Shown here: positions 1-11,889 of the stretch, piece after piece
Position numbering within the stretch: the stretch's first letter is position 1
Layout of the letters: every line of letters starts with the position of its first letter
NCBI RefSeq assembly: GCF_018977255.1
Contig: NW_024704742.1
Location: 100,628,001 to 100,692,000 of the forward strand
From: Callorhinchus milii
Taxonomy: Eukaryota
Reading direction: 5' to 3'
Length of the DNA stretch: 64,000 nt
The notes under the pieces: generated by a model
Told to the model about the DNA's origin: nothing
Database searches by the model: none
The model's input: the letters and a program-made list of their open reading frames with translations, nothing else
Program-made: the position numbers and the translations under genes

Positions 1-165
1 ATAAACCAAGAGTCCTTGCATTTGATTTTGCGCCTTTCACGTCGGCAGAATGTCTCAATGTGCTTCAAAGGATTTACTGTAAAATGTAGTGACTGTTTTG
101 AGGCAAATGTTTACCAGCAGATATGACCTTCATTCTTAGACAAAATAGTCAAAAATTTGCATTAC

Positions 166-283
166 CAGCAAAAAGGTCTTCTCGGTCATCATCTAGTAGA
201 ATCTCAGGCGATTTGGGCCCATTAGACTTTGCACTTATGTCTTCGGCAGGAAGGCTGGCGGGTTCAGGAGATGAAGGACTGGA
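166..283 (-). CDS. SNX2: Sorting nexin 2, coding exon 2
   Basis: tttcag|TCC...GCTG|gtaatg, 118 bp, phase 0 to 1. Encodes SSPSSPEPASLPAEDISAKSNGPKSPEILLDDDREDLFA, matching the recalled vertebrate SNX2 N-terminus. In frame with exon 1. Confidence 0.95.
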
Positions 284-3200
284 CTGAAATGCAAAATAGC
301 ATTATCAGCAAGTTTTAACCATTAACTACAGTAATGCAAACTTGCTTAACCATCAGAAAAAGAAAAAACAAAATCACCACAGCAATGCAGACTTCACTAA
401 AACAGACAATCTTTCATCAAACAAAATCTGGAACATGCAAAAGGAAGTCAGCTAAGGGACAGTTGTTTCCTTATTATTTACTGGGAAAAATAACAATGGA
501 CAAAGGAAGCACTGTAATTAATAATTTTGCTGTTCACATAATACAATGTTTTAACACCCCTTGCAACATATATATATATATATATATAGTCTTTTTAGTC
601 ACTCCAACGTATTTGCAGACAAATTAAAATAGCAGAACAATGTTCTGCAATTAAAATGACAGCCAAGCTAGCAACACTGCTTAGGAATACTCCACTATAG
701 TTCATAGAAACTATCATAAATGGAGGTCATGAAACCCATCATGTCTGTGCCCTACTGAAACTAATCTTCCGATTACCATATTCTTTATTCCTTAATCCTA
801 ACCCTATTCTTCAGAAGACAAGTTGCGTTGCTCATAACAGCAAAGCAACAGAGAAAGAAGCCTATCCACCCAATGTGTACATTTTGTGCACTTTAAAACC
901 AATTCATCGGACGGAGCATGTTGACATGTGTAGAATGTCAGAAGATTTTAAAAAATACAGTTAAATTGAAAGGCAGTCACACAACTGGCTCTTTAATAAA
1001 AGCATTTGTTTAAGGTTAACAATTAATAGCAACCAACTTATAATGCGCAGGCATGAATCACATCTCCTGAAACCACCTTTCTAAAGCAGAGCTCCAGTGC
1101 GACTCACAATGTCAGCAACCTCCCCCCCTTACAAGGAATATTTGGCACTGAATCACCAAACACGCTATATAATGCAGAATTATTCCTCCATGGATTGCAC
1201 AGGTACAGAAAAGACCATTGTGGTATATCTGACCTAACATTTAAAAAACAATCCTGTAGCACTTGGATGACTTTTAAATCAATTTCACCAAATAGCAATC
1301 TAATTCCCTTGAATTTGCTAACAATCTGACTACCAATGTCCTCCAGTCTATTCCACATATTCAATCATCAAGTATTAATCTACCTCCACTTACATACTCA
1401 AGTGCCAGTTTTGCTTAACATATTCAACTTACTAATAACCAAACTGAAAACTAACTTTGGAATGGGTAAGTAGCATTGAGAAAACATCTACTCACACCTC
1501 AAATGTCTACATTTTATTAGAGTTTACTGAAAGTCTGGAGATGAAAATCTTCACAGCAGACCACTGATTACTTGTTATGGGTTTCAGCAACTGCTGCAAA
1601 TCATTTCTCTTACTTATTAATCCTGTTTCATTCCATAAATGGCTTGCATATATAAATATATATAATATACATATATATATATCCATATATACACATATTA
1701 TATAAACAGGTTAAGATGAAAACTATTCTGAGGCAAGACAGTAAACTTACCGTTCTGCACACAACAGTATGTGACCCTATACACTGGAAAGAAGCAAAGG
1801 TAAGCTTGGTTAATCTATTCAAACATCACAAATAGTTTCTTTCCATTCTGTCCTTCCCACACTACACAGGAAAAATGTCTCAGAAGCATACAATCTTCAA
1901 TGTACTTTGAACATAGCTTTCACTAGTCAAACATGTGATCCTTGTCCAAACAATCAGGTCAAAAATGCTTATATAGTTTGTTTCAGTACTGAAGTTACAA
2001 CACTACAACAAACTTCATTTTAAAAAGGCTAATTTTTAAATAATTTGTCTGCATTAGATATCATTGGAAATAATCACTAATTTCTGTAAACTAGGATACA
2101 GCAGATAAAAATCAAGGTTTCTTCGGGCTTCATAGCTGATATGCCCTTTTGGAAAATTTTGCACTACCTAATTTCCCAAATAAAACAGAATTAAAAGCTC
2201 ACTGACAGCAACCCTCTGACAGAAACCAAAAAAGGCACAGTTTCCCTCCCACGGCAATCAATTCTGTTCTCTTCTGAGAGCACTAGATTCATTTCTGCAG
2301 GACAAAGGTTTAAATAATTCCAATCCTATGATCACCCAACATCTACGCACACCTCAAACAAGGTTGGAGGGAAGCAATTAGTAGTGGGCTACCTTGCTGG
2401 ATGCTGTCACTAACTTAGGCCACCAAGGTAGTGTATTTAAAGCCATATACCTCAGCTGAAATTAGCTAACCCAGTACAGACCAAGAATAAATCTAAGAAC
2501 TGAATGGCTCACGTAATCACTATAGAAATGTGCTGAGCAGTTGGTGAAGCTTTAAAGTAAATCAAGAAGATTTGTTTAACAAACCCAAACTTAATCAGCT
2601 TTAAAACCAGAGTAGTAGAGTATATGCAAGGACAATCTTAGGAAGGATATACTAGCCTGGGAGTCTGTCTTGGAACAGTTCACCAGACTAACACCTGGCC
2701 TTAAGGGGCTCAGCTATGATGATAGGCTTGGTAGAGTGGGCTTATTTTCTTCGGAGAGGAGATTGGCGGGTGATTTGATTAAGATTTTAAAATAATGACG
2801 GGTGTTTTTAATGTTCCCAAGACTGTACAAATAGGTATCCTCCCGCCCAGTGTATTTCTCATGTCAAAAAACAATTCAAAGTAATGCTTTCCAAACAGCT
2901 ACTTCACACTCAAGATTGTTGATGACAAATGCAAGCAACTCTACCACCAAGTAATATGTAGGTGCCACAAATGTAACCAGAAGCAACTTTATGTGGTACA
3001 ATAAGGCAATCATCTGCACTCACCAGTTGAGAAAATTAAGGCACATGGCATTAAATGTAAATTGGTGGCATGTATAAAGGGATGTCTGAAGAGATGGCGA
3101 GATGGAGGGGTATACAATCTTGGATCAGTGATATGTCCCACAATTCTGTGTTTGGAACTCTCATTTCCTCCACACACACTCCCCCCCCACCTCCCGCCCC

Positions 3201-4047
3201 CTCATCTGCATTAATGTTTTGCAAATTAGCAATGGGGAATTGCAAAATAATGATTTACGGTAAGGTGCTTTTTGCCACTGAAATTGCAATCTCATTCAAA
3301 CAAACACCAGGTCTATTTAGAGAATAAACTGCGACATACCTAAAACGTCATTTAGCCCTCAGACGTATTGCACTAGTCTGCGCAACTCACATTATAAGTT
3401 CAACTTTAATGCCCCATGGATCGAGCAACTCCAACAGAAATCTGTATTCTAATGCTGTAAAAACAAATACCATTTACACATTACAGCACATTCCAAAGCA
3501 CTGGTGGTATCAAACTGCATGATTTACTCTGCATTTCTAAAGTAGTTTTAAAGTCCTGAAGAACAACTTTATTTTTAGCTAAAAAAACTTTCCTTCTATC
3601 TTAGAGACCTATCTACAGTAAAACTCGAATGAGTCGTCTATAAATTGCAAAATTGCCTTATTTGTACATGCATCCAAATTCCATTCGGTTTCCTACCAAA
3701 AAAAAGATTTCTTTGCATTAGTTATATTTAATAAATTGGATAAACAGCTAATTATTATGGTTTCTCAAATAATCCTAATTCCTATGCAAATCATCTCCTA
3801 AATTGGAAGGCAGCTACCACACTTACCAGCAGCATTGAAGTATGCAAGTGCAGTGCTCTGTTTGGAACAATAGCGAGAAACAAACTGTTGATCCACATGC
3901 AGACTTACCAGCGGCTGCAGTGATGAAGTTCCACATTCACATTTACTGATTGCAGTACTGCATGCGCAATACAGTACTGTATACTCCGTTGAACCAGGCG
4001 CAAAAAATGAGGTACTTGTTTACTGTACTTGTATAAACTTTGACTTA

Positions 4048-4282
4048 TACATAGAATATGCTGTAAAGTGAATTGACTGTACATTTGTGGTCAAAACGCT
4101 GCAGCCAGTTGCGCACAGCAATGTCCCACAAACAGTCGTGGATTGAAAATAACCAATTTATTATTGTTTTGGAGGTGTTATTATTAGGCGTGTGGAGTAA
4201 GGAAACTTGCCCAAGGTTTCGCCCTGCCTGGAATTGAACTCAGGTGTCTCACTTGCAAGGTGAGTGCTCTAACCACTGAGCT
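4048..4282 (-). mobile_element. tRNA-derived SINE, truncated
   Basis: Head and body match the family; tail missing. Confidence 0.85.
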
Positions 4283-5125
4283 CGTGTTTGTGTCGGCTCT
4301 TTGAAAACAGTGATCCAAATCAATCCCACTCCACTACCCTCTCCCCAAATAATTATCTACTTCTCGCTTAAAAGTTGTTATCGAATCGGCTTCCACCGCC
4401 CTTTCAGGCAATGCATTCCAGATCTGAACAACTTGCTGTGTGAAAAAATTTCTCCTCACCTCCACTCTGTTTCTTTTAACAACTATTTTAAATCGGTGTC
4501 CTCGGGTTACCGACCCACCTGCCAGTGGAAATAGCTTCTCCTTGTTCACCCTATCGAATCCCCTCATAATTTTGAAAACTTCTATTAAGTTGCTTCTTAA
4601 CCATCTCTGCTCCAAGGAGAATAATCCTAGCTTCTCTAGCCTCTCCTGATAACTAAAGTCCCTCATTCCTGGTACCATCCTGGCAAATCTCTTTTGCACC
4701 TTCTCCAATGCCTTGACATCCTTCCTAGTGTGGTGTCCAAAACTGAACACAGCTGAGCTGAGGTCTAACCAGTGTTTATAAAGGTTTACCATAACTTCCT
4801 GACTTTTGTATTCTTTGCCCCTATTTATAAAGCCTACAACAACAAACAAGATTGCATTTATAGAGCGCTTTCACGTCGGGAGGACGTCCCAAGGCGCTGG
4901 ACAGTTGGGTCAGGACCCGAGCAGTGGGGAAATGGTCAGGGTGAGGGGAGGGAAGGGAGGGAGCGAGGAGGGGGTAGAGAGTCGAGAGGGGAGCTGAAGA
5001 CCTAATATCCCATATGCGTTTTTAACATCTTTATCGACCTGGTCCTGATACTTATATATGAACCCCCTTTAAGATTGTACCATCAGCTTATATTGCCTCT
5101 CCTCCCAAAATGCATCACTTTGCAA
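4283..5125 (-). mobile_element. CR1 LINE 3' fragment, interrupted by an L2 tail at ~4837-5002
   Basis: ORF 4334-4849 has KDVKALEKVQKRFARMVPG...LEKLGLFSLE...TRGHRFKI...RRNFFTQ..VQIWNALP, the CR1 ORF2 C-terminus; VMHFGR motif near 5100-5120. Confidence 0.9.
4837..5002 (-). mobile_element. L2 LINE 3' UTR/tail inserted in CR1
   Basis: Tail GGGACGTCCTCCCGACGTGAAAGCGCTCTATAAATGCAA plus (TTG)n; near-identical copy at ~30200-30368 (+); CCTA at both junctions. Confidence 0.8.
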
Positions 5126-6246
5126 GTACTCTCCAAAATTCTATCTGTTTGAGCAGATCCTCCCTCTCCCCTCTCCCCGTGATCCATTATCCGATAAATA
5201 AATGTAAGCTGTTGTAGAAAACTGAACTGTATTTATCAACAGCAGAGGTGCTGTCTCCAGTAGAACCATGAAAGACATCTCCCAAAGTAGGTTTCAGGTT
5301 TGCTGGAGGCAGCTGCATAAAATATAGAGAAATCTTGGTTCACTTGGTAAATTCATGTTAATCAGGAGAACAATTTTATTTCTGTTAGGTTGGGTTACAT
5401 TCAATATCAGCAAGTGGCAGTGATCAGAGATGTCAAAATCTTCTATTTCACATATTGATTAGTGGCAGTTGAATGCAGTAGATGAAACCTTAATTACTTT
5501 TACAGGTCAGTGGGAAGTACTCTCTCCTATGAGTCAGAAGATTGTGATTTCAAATCTCACAATGGGAACTTGAGGCCTGACAATACAACGTAGTGTTGGG
5601 GGAGCATTGCATTGTCATGAGACAAACTGAAGTCCTGTCTGCCTGTTTGGGTGGGCATTAAAGATCTATCTCCAAATTGAAAAAAAAGTGATTTTCCTGG
5701 TGCCTGGCCAAAAACAAAAAATGATCATTCACTTCGTGATTATTTGCAGAATATTTCAAAAGAAATGTAATGATTAGTTTTTAAAGAACATACACTGGAC
5801 ATTATAATCAGGCTTTATTTCCTTTTGGATGAGAGTATGATTTGCTCTTCAATTGATGTTTTTCATTCAAAGTCAGGGGATGTCTGTGCTGAGGAACAGA
5901 CAAATGTGAAATAGAAGATTTTGACATCTCTGATCACTGCCACTTGCTGATATTGAATGTAACCCAACCTAACAGAAATAAAATTGTTCTCCTGATTAAC
6001 ATGAATTTACCAAGTGAACCAAGATTTCTCTATATTTTATGCAGCAAACCTGAAACCTACTTTGGGAGATGTCTTTCATGGTTCTACTGGAGACAGCACC
6101 TCTGCTGATGATAAATACAGTTCAGTTTTCTACAACAGCTTGCATTTATTTATCGGATAATGGATCACGCGGAGAGGGAGGATCTGCTCAAACAGATAGA
6201 ATTTTGGAGAGTACTTGCAAAGTGATGCATTTTGGGAGGAGAGGCA
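5094..6246. repeat. Long inverted repeat (arms 5094-5453 and 5904-6246, 450-bp spacer)
   Basis: Arms are reverse complements apart from 10-nt and 7-nt indels and a few substitutions. Confidence 0.95.
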
Positions 6247-6277
6247 GTAAAAGGAACAGTATCTTTAGAAACCATCA

Positions 6278-7120
6278 ATAACAACTTGCATTTATATAGC
6301 GCCCCCCACACAGAGTAGCATTCTAGAGCGCTCGAGAGTGGCTGAGCATGATGCTCAGGGGAGTGGTGAGGTGACTGTAAGCACAGTCGAAGAAGGTCTT
6401 TGCCCGACTCCACTGGCTCCTCATCCACCAGAGGATCGAGTTCAAGATCCTTGTCCTCACCTTTAAGGCCATCCATGGCCTTGCCCCCTCCTACCTCTCT
6501 GACCTGCTGACTCCCTACCAACCTGCCCGTTCCCTCTGTTCATCAGGCTCCAGCCTGCTCCATGTCTCCCGCCCGACCTACCATCAGTGCCGGGCTTTCA
6601 GCCTCTCTGCCCCCACACTCTGGAACTCCATCCCACGGTCCCTTTGCCTCGCTTCCTCCCTTGCATCCTTCAAGGCCGGTTTCAAGACCTTTCTCTTTGA
6701 CCGTGCCTTTGGTCTCCCTCCCACCTCTCTGCCTTCCCTCACCCCTACACCACCTCTCCCCCATGCTCGGGCCCCGACATCAGCACTTTGGGACATCCTC
6801 CCGACATGAAAAGCACTCTATAAATGTAATTTTGTTGTTGTCTTCAGGCGCAACCTGAAGATGGGGAAGGTCGGGGCAAAGTGGAGGGATTGAGGGAGTG
6901 TGTTCCAGAGTTTGGGTCCGCAGTGGCTGAAAACGTGGCCACTGACAGCAGAATGGAGGGCACGAAGGAAAGGCAGGAGGCCTGAGCCAGTCAAGCGAAG
7001 GCATCGGGTTGTGGTTTGAGGATTAAGCAGGTCGGAGAGGTAGAGTGCTGCCCGAGCATGAAGGGATTTGAAGACAAATGTGAGGATCTTGAAATCGATC
7101 CATTTGGTGATGGGGATATG
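6278..7120. mobile_element. Cluster of three L2 3' fragments (minus, plus, minus)
   Basis: IEFKILVLTFKAIHGLAPSYLSDLL and FSHCGPKLWNTLP motifs; two TATAAATG(C/T)AA-(TTG)n tails. Confidence 0.8.
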
Positions 7121-9119
7121 AAGTTCATTAACATCAGGTTCTTCCAGGTTGACTGCAACAAGTAATAAAGGAAAATGGAAAAATGGGATTCCTCTAGTAT
7201 GTTCCAAACATCAAAGTTTAACTGAAAAGTTAAACATGCCAGGGTATCGTATCACACCAGAGTAACATTTTCGTTTTTCATACCAGCTATCTTTGTGACT
7301 GCTGAGCAAGACATAACTCAAGATAATCAGGATCTCAAGCAAGCTGTTATGAGGGAAGATAAAAACAAGCAGGAACAGTGAGGGAGAGGTCAATGACTTG
7401 CAACCTTTCCACTAAGCTGGTTAACACTGGCACAGTGCTGGAAGATCTTGTCCATTCTCATTGCTAGAGAACAATGGATGGAGGAAGGCAAGGAAAAGAA
7501 TACACCAACAAAGCATTCATGCACTACGGATAATACAATTGAAGCTTTCATAAAGTACATGTGCATAAATTGTGCCATAATAGTATAAAACTGGAGCAGT
7601 GCGATTATCTTTTAACATTTCCCACTTCATAATGATTGGAATAAAAAAAAGTTGCTTTTTTACTTTGAGACAGACGCTACAGGCTTTCTGAATAAATACC
7701 AGAATTTTTAATGGTCAGTAATGATATGTGAAACAAGATATGAACAGTTTCAGAGCTTTTGAATACTGAAATACACTATGTGGCTCAACAAAGGATTAGA
7801 AAATAATTTGATATTTCAACAGGTAAAATTACTAGCAAGTAATTTTCCCTTTCCACTGATTCTCAGAAGCCATTTTAAAATCTTTAGGGTCAGGTGCTTG
7901 TAATCACCTATTAATGTAGACGGTATCAACATAATCTAAAACTAAATTCATGCTGTTATGCGAAACTACATCCATTTACAACAGAAGGTGGTTGTCTATG
8001 GTTTGAGTGCTTAAATTCAAGATTCTCTCTCCACCGTAAATAAATTATTGCAGTATAATTAAAGATGAACACCTAAAAGTATATATTTTCAATTAAACTT
8101 GAACATCTAAAATTGTACACTCATTTCTGCAAGAATCGTAAAACTCATCTTTGAAAATTGACAAACACTTAATGGAGGATTTATTCCATTCTTAACCTTC
8201 ACAAATGAGCTTACTTTGCCAAAACATTTGAGCTCTGGAAACCATTGATAAGTATACCTTCTCAGAGCCCCTTCAGTGTTGGATAATAATTAAATCATGT
8301 CAATATTTCAACTGGCTGAAAAACTGCTTTAAAGCCAGTTTTTAACCAATGAAATATGGTTTTATTAAAAGGCACTTGAAAACAGAAGGCAAGTGATAGT
8401 TTGTTTTATAAAAAAGTAATAATCCTTGCATTTGGTATAATAATGTGATGAGGGGAAATTAACTAAAATAGTGCAAGACTATTAGTTTACTTGTTAACTG
8501 CGTGAAACAAAATTGTTTTACATGTGTACAGCAAGAAGGCTATTAGCAGGTTATACCTTGCTTATACTGTTATTTTAGCTCAAATTAAAATAAAAAATAC
8601 AGTTGGGAGGGTGGTGAGGAGCGGGAAAGAAGTTCAGGAGGAAGACAGGAATCTATCTAAATGTTGAGAACAAGGTCACCTTTTCTCACTGCTAAACAAC
8701 ACGTCTTTTTACTAAGAATCAAACAGATTCCACTTGAACTCCAAACTACAAAATTGCGTGCAACGATTAACAAATTGCAACAGAGCAAAATGAGCTGCCA
8801 ACTTGGTCTGTCTTAAACCACTCACGTCGGGTGCAAAACTCAACAAGGCATTCAAAAACGGTTTAGAAGCGAGTAATAATAATCCTTTGCATTTCCAATA
8901 GCGCGTTTCACGTCAGGGTGACATCTCCAGGCACTTCACGAGTACCATGAAGCGTAATGCAATGCTCCTTGGAGGTGAATGCATCAGCCCATTTGTGTAC
9001 AGCGATGGACAACAAGTGGGTACTAAGCGTAACTTTATTTACGTGTGTTTTTTTTAACACCGAGGCTCAGAAAGCCCAAAGGCGGGTTCGCTGTTTACTG
9101 GATTGGGGACAGGAGTTCA

Positions 9120-10185
9120 CAGGGAATGCGGATGGAGGAGCGCCCGAGCTCGGGCTGCTGCTTCTCGGCTTTTGTATAACATCAGTGGCCGCCGACCCCC
9201 ACACCGGCCCCCGGCGCCTTGACAACATAATGTAAAACCCCAGACAACTCCCCCCGTCCCCTCTCTCTCTCCTCTCCCCCCCCCGGACCCTACACTACAC
9301 TGCAGGCCCCATCAAGCCCCGGGTACAGCGGCCGCGGACACTGGGCCGAGCGAGAAGCCGTCAGAGGCCGACACCGACCAGAGGCAGCGCAGGCCGCTCC
9401 CCGCCATGCCGGCCCCGGAGGGAGAGGGTGGTGGCCGCTCACCTCCAGTGTGCTGGCTGTGCTGACAAACAGGTCCTCGCCCTCATCCAGCTCCCTGAAC
9501 TCCGAGTCCTCTGCCTCCACGTCTCCGAAAGGGGGAGGCTCCCGCTCCGCCGCCATCTTTCTGCTCCTCCGCAGGCACACGAGTCATGTGACAATTGGCG
9601 AACGCGCCTGCGCGGCTCCTTCCCTCCAACGAATCACGTGCCGTTCCCTCGCGCGCGCGCCCGCGCTCGCTCCCGCTCTCCCCGACGCCGTTGACGTCCG
9701 GACGGACGTGAGCAGCGCCTCCTCCTCCTCCTCCTCACCAATCACCGGAAGCGCTGCGAGCCAGACGACGACAGCGCGCGCGCGCCCGCGTGCCCGCGTG
9801 TCATGTGACAGGCCGAGCGGAATCACGTGGACCGGGAGGCCCTCGTGATCCCTTGAGAATCACGTGACGATCAGCTGCCTTCGTGTTGATGTTGTGTTGG
9901 TCAGTGGTGGGGGGGGTCTGACTCCCGACCCACATGGAAATCCCACAGGGAGATTGTCGGGAGTGGGATGCACACTCTCTTCCAGCTGAAACCGCACCGC
10001 TTACCTTTCAGCCAATTCGGCGCCGAGGAAACACAACAGTGGACGAAAAGTGAGAGACTTGCGGAAGCGAAAAATAAGCGCAGACAACAGTGAAGAAAAA
10101 TAAGAGCGAAAGAAAACCCGAAAGCGAACCACAAAGCAGAAGAGAGAATTAGCTTGAAAAGTACAGGGCGGCGGAAGTTTCCCCT
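9120..10185. promoter_or_regulatory. CpG-island promoter of SNX2
   Basis: GC/CpG-rich block in AT-rich DNA. YY1-like CCGCCATCTT over the ATG, CCAAT (~9738), ETS CCGGAAG (~9745), TGACGTC (~9692), five E-box/M-box motifs at 9583-9868. Confidence 0.85.
9443..9556 (-). CDS. SNX2: Sorting nexin 2, coding exon 1
   Basis: aagATGG start; MAAEREPPPFGDVEAEDSEFRELDEGEDLFVSTASTLE; donor GAG|gtgagc; lies in a CpG island. Confidence 0.95.
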
Positions 10186-10254
10186 TGTCCAGGAAATAGC
10201 TGTGGTACTGTGGATTTACATCACAGTGTTTTGTGCTAACAATCAGTTGAATGA

Positions 10255-11110
10255 ACGATGTTGCCAATGTATGCGGATGATGCCCAATTCTATCTCTCTG
10301 CCTCCACCCTTGATTCCAGGACCATTGCTGTCCTGACAGAATGTCTGTCAGACATCAAGTCCTGGATGAGAGCGAACTTTCTTCAAGAAGACCGAGACTC
10401 TCCTGATTGGCTCCTGTCAGCGCCTCCTCACCTCAAACGCTGACAGCATCACTATCCATGGTTGCACACTCCACCTTGCTAAGCCAGTCCAGAACGTTGG
10501 GGTCTTGTTTGACTCTCAATTAACCTTTCTACCCCACATCTACGCCATGACCCGCTCTGCCGTCCCCCACCTCCACAACGTCGCCCGGCTCCGACACTGT
10601 CTCACACCACAGGCCGCCGAAACCCTTTTAAATGCCTTCATTACATCGAGGCTCGACTACGCAAACTCACTGCTTGTCAGCCTCCCTCCACAGGCTGCAG
10701 ATCATCCAGAACTCTGCAGCCCGCGTCCTCTCCCGCACTAGGCTCCACGACTCTATCACCCCCATCCTTGCCCAACTTCACTGGCTTCACTGGCTTCCCA
10801 TCACGCAGATATAGTTCAAGATCCTGGTCCTCACCTTCAAAACCCTCCACTGTCGTGCCTCACCCTTCCTCTGTGACCTTGTAAAACCTACCAAACTGCC
10901 CACTCCCTCCACTTAGCACTGGCCTGCTTCATCTCCCCTTCCCTTCCTGTCCCACCATCAGTTGGGTTGGGATTTCAACCTACCTGCCCTCATTCTTTGG
11001 AACTCATTCCAGGAGCTCCTTTGCCTCGCCTTTCCTCCTCTTCTTCAACCTCAATCTCAAGACCTTCCTCTTTGATCAGCCTTCAGTCATCTTCCTCCCT
11101 ACCTCTGCCC
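10255..11110 (+). mobile_element. Degenerate L2 LINE RT/ORF2 3' fragment
   Basis: YADDAQFY, FITSRLDYANSLL, IQNSAARVL and ITPILAQLHWLP motifs across frameshifts. Confidence 0.9.
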
Positions 11111-11178
11111 ACAGCAATGTGATTGGAGTCATGTTTAAAATAACAGGGATGCACACATAATAAAGAGGATTTGTTAAA

Positions 11179-11748
11179 GACTAGCTGTACCTGTTGCAGC
11201 TATGCTTGCAACCAAAGGATCCAGTATGGAATGTAGATTGACACACAGACAGACACACAGAGAGACATTTCATCTTTATACTCAGCTGGGAGCACTTCTG
11301 TGGGAGTATTCCTTTTGGGAGGACTCAGTGGGAGGACTCGGCCCTTTAAAAATGTAATTTTGTTGGTGCCGCAACTGAGCTTCGCCTGTATTCTTTATTT
11401 TGTTCCCGCCACTTGGCTACCTGCGTGCTGTGTGACGCAGGATGCCACAGTCAGCCGGCGCGGCCACCAAATGTACCTGCAGTGTACGCCTACACATGTA
11501 GTGCTCTGTGATGCATGATGCCACTGCGCCACTTTGACTTGACGGGAGGTGTAATTGCAGCAAAAAAATGCAAAACTGAAAATAACTCATGAATGATAGG
11601 AGATATCTGAACACAAATATGCCCATGTCAATCCTAGATCCAAGACCTTTCCGATGAGGTATAAATCATGTCTCTACATCAATCAGTTATTGAGATATTT
11701 CTTGAAGCACAGACAGACATTGTCATTTTGTTAGTATATATATGAAGA
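11179..11748 (+). mobile_element. Helentron-associated (HINE/DINE-1-like) non-autonomous element
   Basis: 5' ACTAGCTGTACC; internal (ACAG)n microsatellites; 3' CATGTCTCTA...GAGATATT...ACAGACAGACA...TTAGTATATATA layout as recalled for HINEs. Confidence 0.4.
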
Positions 11749-11889
11749 AGAAAAAGATTTTTTAATGTTCTGAAATATAGCCTATCTAGTGGCCCGTGTC
11801 AATAGTACGTAATTGGTAAGCAATAATGTCTTGCTTCTGTTTTCTACTTGAACAAAATATATTGCCTAAAGATTCTTTCAATATTGTAA

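Noticed and set aside
3917..3955. Box C/D-like motif (GTGATGA...CTGA)
   Set aside because: Only ~35 nt and antisense to the host gene, too short for a snoRNA
9290..9848. Overlapping GC-rich ORFs around the SNX2 promoter
   Set aside because: Expected from stop-codon scarcity in a CpG island; only 9443-9556 is supported
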